Source of the DNA: an uncultured Chloroflexia bacterium
GTDB taxonomy: Bacteria; Chloroflexota; UBA6077; JACCZL01
Assembly: GCA_963765765.1 (NCBI GenBank)
Contig: CAVXYC010000001.1
Coordinates: forward strand, 1 to 64,000
DNA: 64,000 nucleotides
Reading direction: 5' to 3'
A program made the translations under genes and the position numbers. The notes under the pieces were generated by a model. It saw only the letters and a list, made by a program, of their open reading frames with translations. It did not search any database and was not told where the DNA came from. This document shows positions 1-10,391 of this stretch, in pieces. Numbering within the stretch: the stretch's first letter is position 1; each line of letters begins with the position of its first letter.

Positions 1-80
1 TGTCGGGTCGGAGACAGCGCCGGCCGCCCTCGCGAGGGATCATCACTGTAGAAGCGTCGATAACCAAGGGGGCGCCAGTT

Positions 81-290
81 ATGACTACACCAACCATCGC
101 GACGAACGCACGCTACGGCTACGGACTCATCGCTCTCTTCAATGTGCTAGTGCTCTGCATCGCGTTGCTTCAGGCGTCGACCGGCTCCGCCGAGGAGAAG
201 GATGAGAAGGCGCTCGCGGCGACAACCCCGACACCATCCGCAACCGTCGGGTTCAATTACTCAAAGGTCTTGATCGAATACGAGCGATAG
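81..290 (+). CDS. small hypothetical protein with N-terminal hydrophobic segment
   Basis: 69-aa ORF, purine-rich RBS-like AAGGGGG upstream, hydrophobic stretch LIALFNVLVLCIALLQA. Confidence 0.4.
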   Translation: MTTPTIATNARYGYGLIALFNVLVLCIALLQASTGSAEEKDEKALAATTPTPSATVGFNYSKVLIEYER

Positions 291-699
291 CGTCGGCCAG
301 GGTGTCGGAGTCCATGCCAGGAGATCGCCTGACACCAGCAGCTCCGCCGCAGCCGGTATCAGAGAGCCGACAGTGGACCTGTCACCGGGCGGGCTGGATT
401 GCCTGAACGGAGGAGCCCGTTCGGGCCATGCCGAATCGCACAAGTTCGCCCCATCTCGTCAGGATTGCATTAATGGACGCTCCGTGAACGGGTGCGGATG
501 TGCTACGCTGATCGGGTAGCCCAGCGGACCAGCTTAACCACAACAGGCCCGCTGACTATGGAGACCCTGGCCGTTGGACTTGCTGCAAAGCAGGCCACAA
601 AGACCAGGGTTTTGATTTGCCCGTCATTAGCCTTTCTGGCTGGATCACCTGGTTGGCGTCGAACCGAACCACGCGCATTGCTCACGGGCGCCGTGTGAG

Positions 700-788
700 C
701 AGGTCTTCGGACACCACCCCGCCCCGCGGAGGCGGTTTCTCAGCACGCTCTGAGGCGTTCTAGGGGCATACCGTTGCACGTACCGTCC
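700..788 (+). repeat. partial copy of the conserved intergenic element also at 1690-1940 and 12480-12716
   Basis: CTTCGGACACCACCC..GTTTCTCAGCACGCTCTGAGGCGTTCTAGG..CCGTTGCACGTACC is nearly identical to 1861-1939. Confidence 0.85.
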
Positions 789-905
789 GCCTACAGGCAT
801 TTTCCATCCTGTTACTGTGTACGGACATGCATTGATACCTGTATGGTGTACATGCATTCCTCCACAGTGAGAAGGCGTTGACCCCGCGAGGAAGGGGGTA
901 AGTCC

Positions 906-1079
906 GTGGACACTCCTCAGCGCACTGACAAAGAGCTCGCGGAACGTCTGACTGCCCGCGAGATCGAGGTGCTCCGTCTCGTGGCGGAAGGGTGCGATAA
1001 CCAGACGATCGCAACCCGCCTCGTGCTCGATCGGGCCACCATTCGAACCCACGCCGAGACGGTCCTCACCAAACCGTGA
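906..1079 (+). CDS. stand-alone LuxR-type HTH protein, possibly C-terminally truncated
   Basis: Hand translation MDTPQRTDKELAERLTAREIEVLRLVAEGCDNQTIATRLVLDRATIRTHAETVLTKP; LT.RE.EVL.L.A.G..N..IA motif; GAGGAAGG RBS. Confidence 0.75.
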   Translation: MDTPQRTDKELAERLTAREIEVLRLVAEGCDNQTIATRLVLDRATIRTHAETVLTKP

Positions 1080-1188
1080 CGGGCATTCGCGGCTGTAAGC
1101 GGTAGCTCGGGCCGCGCGATTGGGACTCTGCGGCTAAACGAGCTCGGGGGCGGACTGGCGGGTGAATGTCGGGCTAACTGAATTCAGT

Positions 1189-1488
1189 TCAGTGAGCGCC
1201 TTGACTCGCACGCTCGGTCCAGTCCCGGTGCCTTACTGCTCTCGTCGAGGCAGCCGGTTCGCGGTCCGCCAGCTTGGCACGAAGCCAGCGGAACATCGCG
1301 GCGCCATCGCCGTCCGTATGGCCGGCAGCCCGATACTCCGCTTGGAGCCGGTCGATGATGGGAGCCGCGGCCGATCGCAGCTCTCCGAAGGCCTCGTCCG
1401 ACGGGCTCCGCTCAACGGTGTGAAGCGCCACCCGGAATCGCCCGAGCAGAGCGTCTCGGTCCTGATCGTTCGTCCTATGAGGGCTCAT
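1189..1488 (-). CDS. hypothetical protein with a degenerate paralog at about 16600-16830
   Basis: HTVERSPSDEAFGELRSAAAPIIDRLQAEYRAAGHTDGDGAAMFRWLRAK; the paralog conserves this frame. Confidence 0.55.
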   Translation of the reverse strand: MSPHRTNDQDRDALLGRFRVALHTVERSPSDEAFGELRSAAAPIIDRLQAEYRAAGHTDGDGAAMFRWLRAKLADREPAASTRAVRHRDWTERASQGAH

Positions 1489-1689
1489 CGTTTCACACAT
1501 CTGCAAGTAACTCCGGTAGCCTCTCACTCGTCCACATCCGCCACCCGACCCACACCGCAGGCTGCGCTGTTCCCCCAGTATTCTGCAAAAAGTGACGTCT
1601 AGATAGATGCACCGTGACATAAAAATGCACGCAGATAGACACCAATTTCGTTGAGTAGAGGTCGAGGACACCATCCCGCCCCCACCGCG

Positions 1690-1940
1690 AGGCGTCGAAA
1701 GAGCGCCACGCTTGGGACGAGCAGGGGCGCTCTTTGTTGGAGGCGGTCACCCTGACCCGGCCCGGAATGCCAGGTGTACCACTCCTGAGCCAGACGCGCA
1801 TTGAGCATCCCCCGTTCCTATTCCAGGATCGCCCGTCGCCCCAGCGCCATCCCTCCAGATCTTCGGACACCACCCTGGGCGCCGAGACCGTTTCTCAGCA
1901 CGCTCTGAGGCGTTCTAGGAGCACACCGTTGCACGTACCT
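1690..1940. repeat. conserved intergenic element upstream of an ABC SBP gene, with terminator-like hairpin
   Basis: Aligns in reverse orientation to 12480-12716; hairpin AAAGAGCGCC...GGCGCTCTTT at about 1698-1735. Confidence 0.85.
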
Positions 1941-2032
1941 ATCGTCGAATTGCCTGCGCTGCTGGGCAACCGCAGCGGGCCCGGGGCGAGCTCGATGGCG
2001 CCGTCAGTCCACGGGCGTACACTAGCGCCATC

Positions 2033-3054
2033 ATGACGCCACTCGGACCATCGAGCACCCGTCGCCGATTACTGAGGGATGGCCTGTCCCTGGCCGGCCT
2101 CGGTCTGCTGGCCGGCTGCGGGCTGCTCCCTCCCCAGGCCCCAACCTCCGAGCGGGTGCGCCTGATCGGGGTCCTCGGCGACGTGCCTGGCGGGCGTTGG
2201 GACGGGTTCTGGGATGGAATGCGGGAGCTGGGCTGGGTCGAGGGCCGCAACCTCGCCGTGGAGTCCCGCTGGGCCGAGGGAGACATCCCAACGGTATCGC
2301 GCCCTCGCGACCGAGCTCGTCGAGCGGAAGGTCGAGCTGATTGCAGTGGGGACGTCGGGGGCCAGCGTCGCCGCCAAGCAGGTGACCGCCACCGTCCCGC
2401 TCGTGGCGATCCTGTTCAGCGGGGAGGCAATCGAGATGGGGATCGTCGACAACATCGCGCGGCCCGGCGGGAACATCACTGGGACGGCCGGCATAAGCGG
2501 GTCGCAACTGGAAGGCAAGCAGCTGCAACTCTTGAAGGAAGCGGTCCCGCACGCCTCCCGTGTAGCCGTGCTCCGCGGAGGCAGCCGAGCGACCCGGCAC
2601 AGAGAGCCGCGTGCGGGCGCTCCAGGAGGCCGCGCCCGGCCTCGGGGTACACCTTCACGTCGTCACCATGCCGAACGTCAGCGGCCTCGACGACGCGTTC
2701 GCGGCCATGTCCACAGCCGGCGCTGATGCCCTCAAGATTCTCGCCAGCACCCAGTTCGAGACTGCGTGGGACCGCATCGCCGAGTTAGCGCTCCAGTATC
2801 GGCTGCCGTCGGTCACGGAATATCCGGAGTTCGCTCGGGCGGGAGGCTTGCTGGCCTATGGCTTGAGTCGAGCCGAGATCTACCGGAGTGCAGCACCGTA
2901 CGTGGACAAAATCCTGCGAGGTGCCCGCCCCGGCGATCTGCCGATGGAGCGGCCCACGGACTTCGACTTTGTGGTCAATTTGAAAACGGCGCAGACCCTG
3001 GGGCTGACCGTCCCGCAGTCCATCCTGCCGCAGGCCACGGAAGTCATCCAGTAG
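2033..3054 (+). CDS. ABC transporter substrate-binding lipoprotein (ABC_sub_bind/TrpX-like), frameshifted
   Basis: Twin-Arg plus lipobox (RRRLLR..LAGC); ARPGGNITG, YVDKILRGARPGDLPMERPTDFDFVVNLKTA; spread over three frames. Confidence 0.9.
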
Positions 3055-3094
3055 CAGACCGGGCAAACACCCCGGCCGTGGTTCTTTCGAACGA

Positions 3095-3200
3095 AGTTGC
3101 GGATAACTCCCCATTATCAGAACTTCGCGCGGTCACTGGAACGTGTTTCCTATTGGCACCTGGTTCCAGATACGTCAGTTTGAACACGGTTATCGGAACC
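3095..3200. repeat. family A putative tyrosine-recombinase site
   Basis: AGTTGCGGATAA-CTCCCCA-TTATCAGAACT, then 37 bp, GGTTCCAGATA (3162-3172), and a further TTATCGGAACC (3190-3200). Confidence 0.55.
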
Positions 3201-3290
3201 ACTTTGGGTCCCTTCCAGACTTGACAATGACGCACCGTCTAATCCCAAGCCCGGCGTCTGCTGAGAAAGAGCGTGGCCCGGCGTGATTAC

Positions 3291-3680
3291 AGGGAAACGG
3301 TTACCGGAATGGAAGTGGTGCGATGGGTGCCCGGTTTATCACCGGGCGATATGCATCGGCAGGACGACTCTCGAGCGATAAACCCGCGGAGTGCACGCGT
3401 TCAGGTGCCAGACGCCTCAACCATCAGGCCGCTCGGAGGGCGAACGTGAAGCTGAAGGGTAGCGACCCGCTCCGCGCCTCATTGCTATTGCTGGCGTAAT
3501 AGTCATCCCGATGCATATTGCCCGGTGATAAACCGGAGGCGCTCTCGGGCATTCCTTTTGCTTTGGTCGTAGCTCTTTAGGACTCGCGCTGCTATTGCTG
3601 ATGTACGTGTCATCGGCATGACTATTACGCCAGCAATGGCGTTAGGAAGCGGGCAGGACTCCCGTTCATGTTCACTCTCG
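3291..3680. repeat. cluster of family B dif-like sites in inverted arrangement
   Basis: TGCTGGCGTAA-TAGTCA-TCCCGATGCAT at 3489-3516; inverted copy at 3608-3635; 28/29 inverted repeat between 3331-3359 and 3508-3536. Confidence 0.7.
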
Positions 3681-3850
3681 ATCTGGCAGCCTGAGTACGT
3701 TGTCTGGTGACCGGCCGGAACGGATACAGCAGCTATCTCTCCTCAACGAGATCGAACGGGTGTTGGCACGCTCCCCGATCGCGGAATGCAGCTGCAGATC
3801 AATCACTTAAAGATACAGGGCGTCCGCCTCAGACAGTCAGTCCTCGCCAC

Positions 3851-4352
3851 CTAGTGCCTCCAGACACTGGGCCAACCATAGGCCGTGGCCTGATCCCGAG
3901 GCATAGCCGCGTAGGCCGCACGGAAGTGCAACTCGGCCTCATCCATGCGACCGAGATTGCCCAGCACCACGGCGAGGTTCCAATGAGCATAGGCGTTGTC
4001 GGGTTCCAGGGTGAGCGCGGTCGCCAACGCTTGGCTTGCCTCGTCAGGACGGTGCAGTCGCTGTAACGCGACCCCCAGGGCCGTATGCGCATTGGCGCGT
4101 CCAGGATCCACCTCGGTGGCGCGCGCCGCAGATGCGCGACCGCGCGATCCAGGCGCCGAGATCGCTCTCGGCCATGCCCAGGTTGTACAGCGTATCGCCA
4201 TCATCAGGATCGAGCACCACTATCGTCTCGAGAAACGGCACCGCCTCGGTGAACTTGCCGGACTTCAGGAGCCGCAGGGCGTGCTGTGTGAGCGAGCCTT
4301 CCGACGGCACGTTGGTCCAGGTGACCTCCACAGTGTTGTCCGTGATAGCCAC
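3851..4352 (-). CDS. tetratricopeptide-repeat protein, frameshifted
   Basis: DPDDGDTLYNLGMA, DPGRANAHTALGVAL, EPDNAYAHWNLAVVLG TPR motifs. Confidence 0.8.
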
Positions 4353-4691
4353 GTCGACCTCACCACCTAGACGGCCGAACCCGCCGCGAAATAGGCGCGC
4401 ACTGCATCGGTAAACGCGGGAGTTCCGCGGGCCCGACTGCGTTCCGGCAGCAGCCCGACATCGAAGTCGTCCAGCGCCGTACGCACGAGAGGGCCCCTAT
4501 CGTAGCCGCACCTCCCGACAAATAAGAGCTTCAACTCGAGGCGCGTACTGTAGGTCGAGTGGGCTTCCACTGCCGTCATCGCCGTAGCTGAATACCGAAG
4601 AACGCCAGCGGCGTCCAATCGACGTTGTGAGCACAGGGGATCTCAGAGCCGTCCGATCCGCCTGTATCCTTAGGTGAGCCATGAGTTGCGC

Positions 4692-6123
4692 ATGCCCCTG
4701 AACATTCTCCTCCTCTCCACCTACGAGCTGGGCCACCAGCCGCTGGGACTGGCCCAGCCGGCGGCGCACCTGGCCGCGGCCGGGCACCTTGTGCGGTGCC
4801 AGGATCTCGCCGTTGACTCGCTTAACGAACCGTGGGTGCGCGAGTCTGATCTCATCGGGATCTCCGTGCCGATGCACACGGCCGCCCGCCTGGGCGTGCG
4901 CCTGATCTCGCGGCTGCGCGGGCTCAATCCGGGGGCGCACCTCTGCTTCTACGGTTTGTATGCGGCGCTGCATGCCGAGGAGCTGCTGGCCGCCGGCGCG
5001 GACGCGACCATTGGCGGCGAGGTGGAGACTCCGTTGGTCGCGTTGGCCGATGAGCTGGACTCCGCTCGCGGGCAGAGCTCTCCTGAGAATGCCCGGACCG
5101 TGTTTCTCGGGCGCCAGTCATCGCTCGTACCGAAACGCACCATGCTCCCCCCGCTCGAACGGTACGCCCGGCTCCAGATCAATGAGGAACAGCGCCTCGC
5201 CGGGTACGTGGAGGCCAGTCGAGGCTGTGCGCACCGGTGCCGGCACTGTCCAATCCCGCCCGTGTACGGCGGCCGCATGCGCATCGTCTCGGAAGACGTG
5301 GTGCTCGCCGACATCCGCCAGCTTGTAGCCATGGGCGCCCGGCACATCACGTTTGGCGACCCGGACTTTTTCAACGGGATCAAGCACTCATTGCGCATTG
5401 TGGAGCGATTCCACCATGAGTTCCCGTCGCTGACCTACGACGCCACGATCAAGATCGAGCACATCCTGGAGCACCGGACGCACCTACCCGGGGCTGGCCT
5501 CAACCGGCTGCCTGTTCATCGTCTCGGCCGCGGAATCAGTGCAGGATCACGTGCTGGCGCACCTGAACAAAGGCCACACGGCCGCGGACGTGGACAGGGC
5601 CATCGAGATCACCAGATGCGCGGGTGTTGCGCTCCGCCCCACCCTTGTTGCATTTACTCCCTGGACCTCGATGGACGACTACCTGGAGCTGCTCGACTTC
5701 GTGGCCAGTCGAGGTTTGGCCAACAGCGTGGACCCGATCCAGCTCGCGATTCGACTGCTCGTTCCGAGCGGATCGTGGCTCATGGACGACGGACCGATGA
5801 GCCCCTTCGTCACGGGTTTCGATCACGAGGGCCTCACCCATCGCTGGATCCATCCGGATCCGCGCGTCGACCATCTCCAGAAATTGGTGATAGGAATCGT
5901 CGAGCGCGCCACAGAACAGGATGCAGCGCCCCTCGCCACGTTCCAGCAGATTCGGTCCGCCGCCTGGCGCGAGGCGGGTCGGTCGCCAGATGTCGCCCCA
6001 CCGCTCGAGCCCGCCGCGCACGTTTCGGTCCCGCGCTTGACCGAACCCTGGTTCTGTTGAGCGGAGCCCACCGCGGACCAGTTCGGTCCGCTCGGGCGAC
6101 CGGCGTCGACGGTCCTGATATGA
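4692..6123 (+). CDS. B12-binding-domain radical SAM protein with CUAEP tail (predicted selenoprotein); one frameshift near 5495
   Basis: LLSTYELGHQPLGL N-terminus, CxxxCxxC (GCAHRCRHC), C-terminal PRLTEPWFC-TGA-AEPT; readthrough frame ends at TGA 6121-6123 overlapping the next ATG. Confidence 0.88.
6067..6096 (+). promoter_or_regulatory. bacterial SECIS-like hairpin
   Basis: GCGGACC-AGTTC-GGTCCGC perfect 7-bp stem (6073-6091) beginning 12 nt after UGA 6058-6060; G in the loop. Confidence 0.7.
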
Positions 6124-7442
6124 GTGCTGGTCGGCTGCTCCTGCTGATGTCGACCCGGACGTATCGCTCACGGGCGTTCATGAGTGCCGCCCGACGCCTG
6201 GGAGTGGAGGTGGTGGTGGGCTCAGAGCAGCGTCAGGCGCTGGCCAACCGAGCGCGAAGCACCACGCTCACGCTCGACTTCCGTCGGCCGTCACATGCCG
6301 CCGATCAGATTGTGCGCGCGGCCCGCGAGCGCCCATATACGGCGGTCGTCGGCGTGGATGATGACAGTGTCCTCATCGCCGCGCACGCCGCGGCCCGCCT
6401 TGGACTCCGGCACAACACCGTGGAATCGGTGAAGGCCGCACAGGACAAATTCCGCGCGCGGAAGCTTCTTGCACGCGCCGACCTGCCACAGCCATCCTTT
6501 CAACGCGTGAGTCTGAACGCGGAGCCGCGCGCTGCAGCTCGCCGTGCCCCGTATCCGTGCGTGCTCAAACCCCTCTCGCTCTCGGCAAGCCGGGGCGTGA
6601 TCCGCGCGAATGATCCTGATGAGTTCGTGCGTGCCTTCCAGCGCATCAGGGAGCTTCTCGCGTCCGTCGGCGTCGGACATCGGCACCTGCTGGTCGAGAG
6701 CTTTGTTGCGGGGCCGGAGGTCGCCCTCGAGGGTTTACTGGCGGACGGCGATCTCCGGGTGCTGGCGCTCTTCGACAAACCGGATCCGCTGGACGGTCCG
6801 TATTTCGAGGAGACGCTGTACGTGACGCCGTCGCGTCTGTCCGGCGCCGTCCAGATGGCCATCCAGCAGACCACCGCGCACGCCGCGGCGGCGCTCGGGC
6901 TGCGCGAGGGGCCGATCCACGCCGAGCTGCGCATGGGCGAGCACGGACCCTGCGTGGTGGAAGTCGCGCCGCGCTCGATCGGCGGCCTGTGCTCGAACAC
7001 GCTGCGATTTGGTGTGGACGCGAGTCTCGAGGAGCTGATTCTCCGCCACGCGGTGGGCCTGGAGCCTGGCCCAGTTGGTCGCGAGCGGGTGGCGGCCGGT
7101 GTGATGATGCTGCCGATCCCTCAGGCGGGGATTCTGCGCACCGTCCGTGGCAGGGATGCTGCGCTCGAGGTCCCCGGCGTGGAGGACGTGTCGATCACCA
7201 TCCCGGTGGGCCAGCGGCTGGTACCCCTACCGGAAGGTGACCGCTATCTCGGCTTCGCCTTTGCTCGCGCCGGAACGCCGGAGGCCGTTGAGACAGCCCT
7301 GCGTGAAGCGCACCGTCGCCTGGAGTTCGTCATCGCGATCGAAGACGAACTCGCTAACGCTGAAGTCTGCTTGCCCGCGAACCCGCGGTCCTGGCCGCGC
7401 ACAACTGACGAATCGAAGCCGTTACCGGTGGTGGGTCGGTAG
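6120..7442 (+). CDS. ATP-grasp domain protein (L-amino-acid ligase-like)
   Basis: DKFRAR, YPCVLKPLSLSASRGVIRA, LLVESFVAGPEVALEG, VEVAPRSIGG; fused to the rSAM in the ORF track only through a frameshift. Confidence 0.9.
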   Translation: MSAGRLLLLMSTRTYRSRAFMSAARRLGVEVVVGSEQRQALANRARSTTLTLDFRRPSHAADQIVRAARERPYTAVVGVDDDSVLIAAHAAARLGLRHNTVESVKAAQDKFRARKLLARADLPQPSFQRVSLNAEPRAAARRAPYPCVLKPLSLSASRGVIRANDPDEFVRAFQRIRELLASVGVGHRHLLVESFVAGPEVALEGLLADGDLRVLALFDKPDPLDGPYFEETLYVTPSRLSGAVQMAIQQTTAHAAAALGLREGPIHAELRMGEHGPCVVEVAPRSIGGLCSNTLRFGVDASLEELILRHAVGLEPGPVGRERVAAGVMMLPIPQAGILRTVRGRDAALEVPGVEDVSITIPVGQRLVPLPEGDRYLGFAFARAGTPEAVETALREAHRRLEFVIAIEDELANAEVCLPANPRSWPRTTDESKPLPVVGR

Positions 7443-7449
7443 GGCGCTT

Positions 7450-8103
7450 TCAGCCCTTTGCCGGCTGATAGAAGGGGCTCGCGTCGGCGTCCGCGCCGCC
7501 TTTGGATGGCTCGTAATACGGGTTGTGCCCGCTCGCGTGGTCGGTCGTATCAACCACACTGTGGATCTGCGGGAATTCCTGCTGGATCAGATGCTCGATT
7601 CCCTGGCGCAGCGTCACATCCACCATGCCGCAGCCCTGGCAGCCGCCTCCCAGTCGCACGTAGACCACGTTGTCTTTGACGTCGATCAACTCCACCTGGC
7701 CGCCGTGCGAGGCCACGCCCGCACTTATCTCGCCATCGATGAGCTTCTGAATGCCGTCGGCGAGCGGGTCGTCCCAGCCCGCTGAGGGACTGTCGATCTT
7801 GAATCCGGAGCCCATGAGCTCATCGACGAAGTCCACCGTCGCGCCGCGAAGCTTCGGCAGAGTCTCGGCATCCACCAGAATCTTGAAATCGCCCTCATCC
7901 TGCACCGCGTCACCCGGCTCGGGCGACCCGTCCGACGTCAGCGCCATCGCGTAGGTGATCCCGCCAGCTCCACGGCCCGTGGCCGCGATGCGGACGGCCG
8001 CAGTGCCACGCACGTTCTGTTCGGTCAGCGCCTCAATCAGCCGCTGCCGCGCCAGCTCGGAGAAGGTGACGATTGTGTTGTTGCGATCCGTCGCTAAATC
8101 CAT
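7450..8103 (-). CDS. nfuA: NfuA-like Fe-S carrier (degenerate A-type domain + NifU C-terminal domain)
   Basis: GATVDFVDELMGSGFKIDSP plus SHGGQVEL..YVRLGGGCQGCG..TLRQGIE, DTTDHASGHNPYY. Confidence 0.85.
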   Translation of the reverse strand: MDLATDRNNTIVTFSELARQRLIEALTEQNVRGTAAVRIAATGRGAGGITYAMALTSDGSPEPGDAVQDEGDFKILVDAETLPKLRGATVDFVDELMGSGFKIDSPSAGWDDPLADGIQKLIDGEISAGVASHGGQVELIDVKDNVVYVRLGGGCQGCGMVDVTLRQGIEHLIQQEFPQIHSVVDTTDHASGHNPYYEPSKGGADADASPFYQPAKG

Positions 8104-8201
8104 GGCCTTATACCGTCCTTCCAGGACAGGGACGCTCCAGTCATGCTACCACGGCGCCGTCCGTGCGCTGGGTTTGATCCTACGAATGGAGCAGTCAGAG
8201 G

Positions 8202-8963
8202 TTATTCGGTCGCAAACTGCTGTCGGCGCTGGCGGTGGTAATCACCAAGCTGCGCATTAGCGGCCGTAATGATGGCGAGCGCGTCTACTACGCGAGGCAG
8301 GTCTCTGCCCGGTATTGCCATGTAGATCTCGTCCTCGCCGACATCGGTGTACACGCGGTTGCCCATGCAGCCGGTGCTCACCACGGTGCCCTGGGCCAGA
8401 GCGGCTGGGATGGCCATGCACGTCGGGCGACCCAACAGGGGGAGCTGAGCGGCGACGCCCGCTCGCATCGCGGCTTCGTAGGCCAGCATGATCCGGCCGG
8501 GTCGGCCTGAGAACAACACAACGTCCGGTTCGACCGGTGTGTCGCCGAGCGCGGCGTAAACCACGACCGCGGGCGGCCGCGCGAGCTGGGGGATCTGGGC
8601 CATCTCCTCCATGCGGACGTAGCCGATGTCCGACATGAGGCTGAGAGTCTGCTCAAGCTCCGGGGCTCGTTCGGGGGGAAGTGGGATGCTGTGCGTGTAG
8701 CTGCCGATCGCGCAGTTGTAGTGGTCCGATGGCACCGTGTAGAAGACTCGCCCCTCAGCGGCGAGTCGCCAGAAACTGCACCCCGCCGGCTCGACGCCAC
8801 CAAACTCTTCCACCCCGGCCGGCGGAGAATCCCTGAACGCCACCCCGACAGGGCGACGCGGGAGCGTTAGTGCGGCGTCCAACCGGCGCTCGAGACGTAA
8901 CCAACCGCTCGCGTCGTCCTCCAGGCAGCGTGCACGGAGATCTCCATTTTCGCTCACAGTCAT
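8202..8963 (-). CDS. DUF169 family protein
   Basis: PVGVAF, GCSFWRLAAEG, HYNCAIG, EPDVVLF, GRPTC, STGCMGNRVY motifs. Confidence 0.8.
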   Translation of the reverse strand: MTVSENGDLRARCLEDDASGWLRLERRLDAALTLPRRPVGVAFRDSPPAGVEEFGGVEPAGCSFWRLAAEGRVFYTVPSDHYNCAIGSYTHSIPLPPERAPELEQTLSLMSDIGYVRMEEMAQIPQLARPPAVVVYAALGDTPVEPDVVLFSGRPGRIMLAYEAAMRAGVAAQLPLLGRPTCMAIPAALAQGTVVSTGCMGNRVYTDVGEDEIYMAIPGRDLPRVVDALAIITAANAQLGDYHRQRRQQFATE

Positions 8964-9166
8964 ACTATGCGCCGCACCGGCCGGCACGTCAAGCGGAATA
9001 TGCGTCCGTCCCAGCGGAGAGCTCCGCGGCGTAGCCAGCGACAGTAATCTGTGTAGCAGAGTCCTCGTGTCTTGGCAGGCCGTTCGCAGCCATCCACCGC
9101 GCACGGACCATCCATACCCGCCCGTCCGAGCCCCAGAGCACAGCAACTAACGGCGAGTGCTACGTC

Positions 9167-10194
9167 TCACTGGATCACTTCCGTCGCCTGGCTCAGCAGC
9201 GACGGTGGAATGGTGATTCCCAGCGCCTGGGCCGTCTTCAGGTTGATCGCGAAATCGAATGTCGTGGGGCTGCTCAATAGGCAGTCGCCTGGGTTGGCGC
9301 CCTTGAGAAATTTGTCCACGTAGCCGGCGCCGCGGCGCCAGAGGTCGAGGCTATTCCGGCCATAGGCGACAAGAGAGCCCTCACCAGCTCCGTGCCCTCC
9401 GACATCAACGGGAGTCGGTTCAGAAGCGTAAAGTCGGCGATACGACCACGCTGGTTGCCTGCCATAAGCGGATCTTCCAACACCATAAGCGCATCAGGGC
9501 GCACCTGGGCCAAAGTCGCCAATCCTTGGTCGAAGTCATCAAGGCCGGTGACTCCCACGGAAACGATCTCCAGGCTATCCCGCTGGGCCAGACTGCGCAG
9601 CTCATCAAACTCTCTGACCTTGGACGCTTCGGCGGTGTTCCAGAGCACGGCGAGTCGGCGTAGGGACGGGCGGATCTCCCGAAGCAGCTCCAGGCGCTTG
9701 CCCACCGTATTGACCGCGTTTGAGCTCAGGCCGGTCAGGTTGCCGCCGGGGCGGGACAGACTGGTCACGAACCCGTCCCCGACTGGATCGGCGCTGACCA
9801 GCATGACGATCGGCGTGGTACTTGTGGTGTCGAGCGCGGCACGAATCGCGGCATTCCCCGATACCGCGATCACGTCCACCTCGAGGCTCACCAATTCGGA
9901 TGCAAGCTGGCCGAGACGCTCAGTCCGGTTCTCGGCCCACCGACTCTCGAGGGTCATGGTCTGCCCATCAACGTAGCCCAGCTCGCGCAAGCCGTCCAAA
10001 AACGCGTCGGGCGGTGACATGCCGGAAATGCCAGCAGGGACGACTCCCAGACCACCCAGGAGCAGCAACCCAACGCGGGGCACGCGCGCCGGCCTCCGCG
10101 GTTGCCACGGCAGGGCCGCACACCCGGAGAGCAGGCCGAAAGTGGCCAGGGCCAGGCTGTGAAGCACGAACTTGCGGCGGCTCTGGCGGTTCAT
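9167..10194 (-). CDS. ABC transporter substrate-binding lipoprotein, frameshifted near C-terminus
   Basis: SRRKF..LSGC; DPVGDGFVTSLSRPGGNLTGLS; GKRLELLRE. Confidence 0.9.
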
Positions 10195-10313
10195 GACCTG
10201 CCCAAGAGGCTACTACTATCCGCGCGGCTGCGCCACACCCCCTGAGTACTACCTACGCCCTGAGTGGGATGGTGTCCGTTCGTAAACGGGCGCCTTGATA
10301 GAGCTAGCGGTGA

Positions 10314-10357
10314 TTATCGGAACGAGCGGAGGAGCTCGTGCGGCGATTGATGGCTGA
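10314..10357 (+). repeat. family A half-site with downstream box
   Basis: TTATCGGAACGAGC...ATTGATGGCTGA matches the reverse complement of 17047-17083 (TTATCAGAACGAGC...ATTGAGGCTGA). Confidence 0.5.
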
Positions 10358-10391
10358 GACGGGGCTCGCCGCTGCAGAGGGTGGAACGAGG

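Noticed and set aside
500-640. Possible riboswitch (hairpins; GGGCAAA on the minus strand)
   Set aside because: It lacks the GGGACGCAAAGC core and matches no family I recognise.
4367-4680. RiPP precursor for the rSAM/ATP-grasp pair
   Set aside because: No co-oriented short ORF with an RBS or leader/core pattern was found.
4674-7442. 922-aa rSAM-ATP-grasp fusion in the ORF track
   Set aside because: The middle is an off-frame Arg-rich string. The true rSAM C-terminus is in another frame (5539-6123), so these are two genes joined by one indel.
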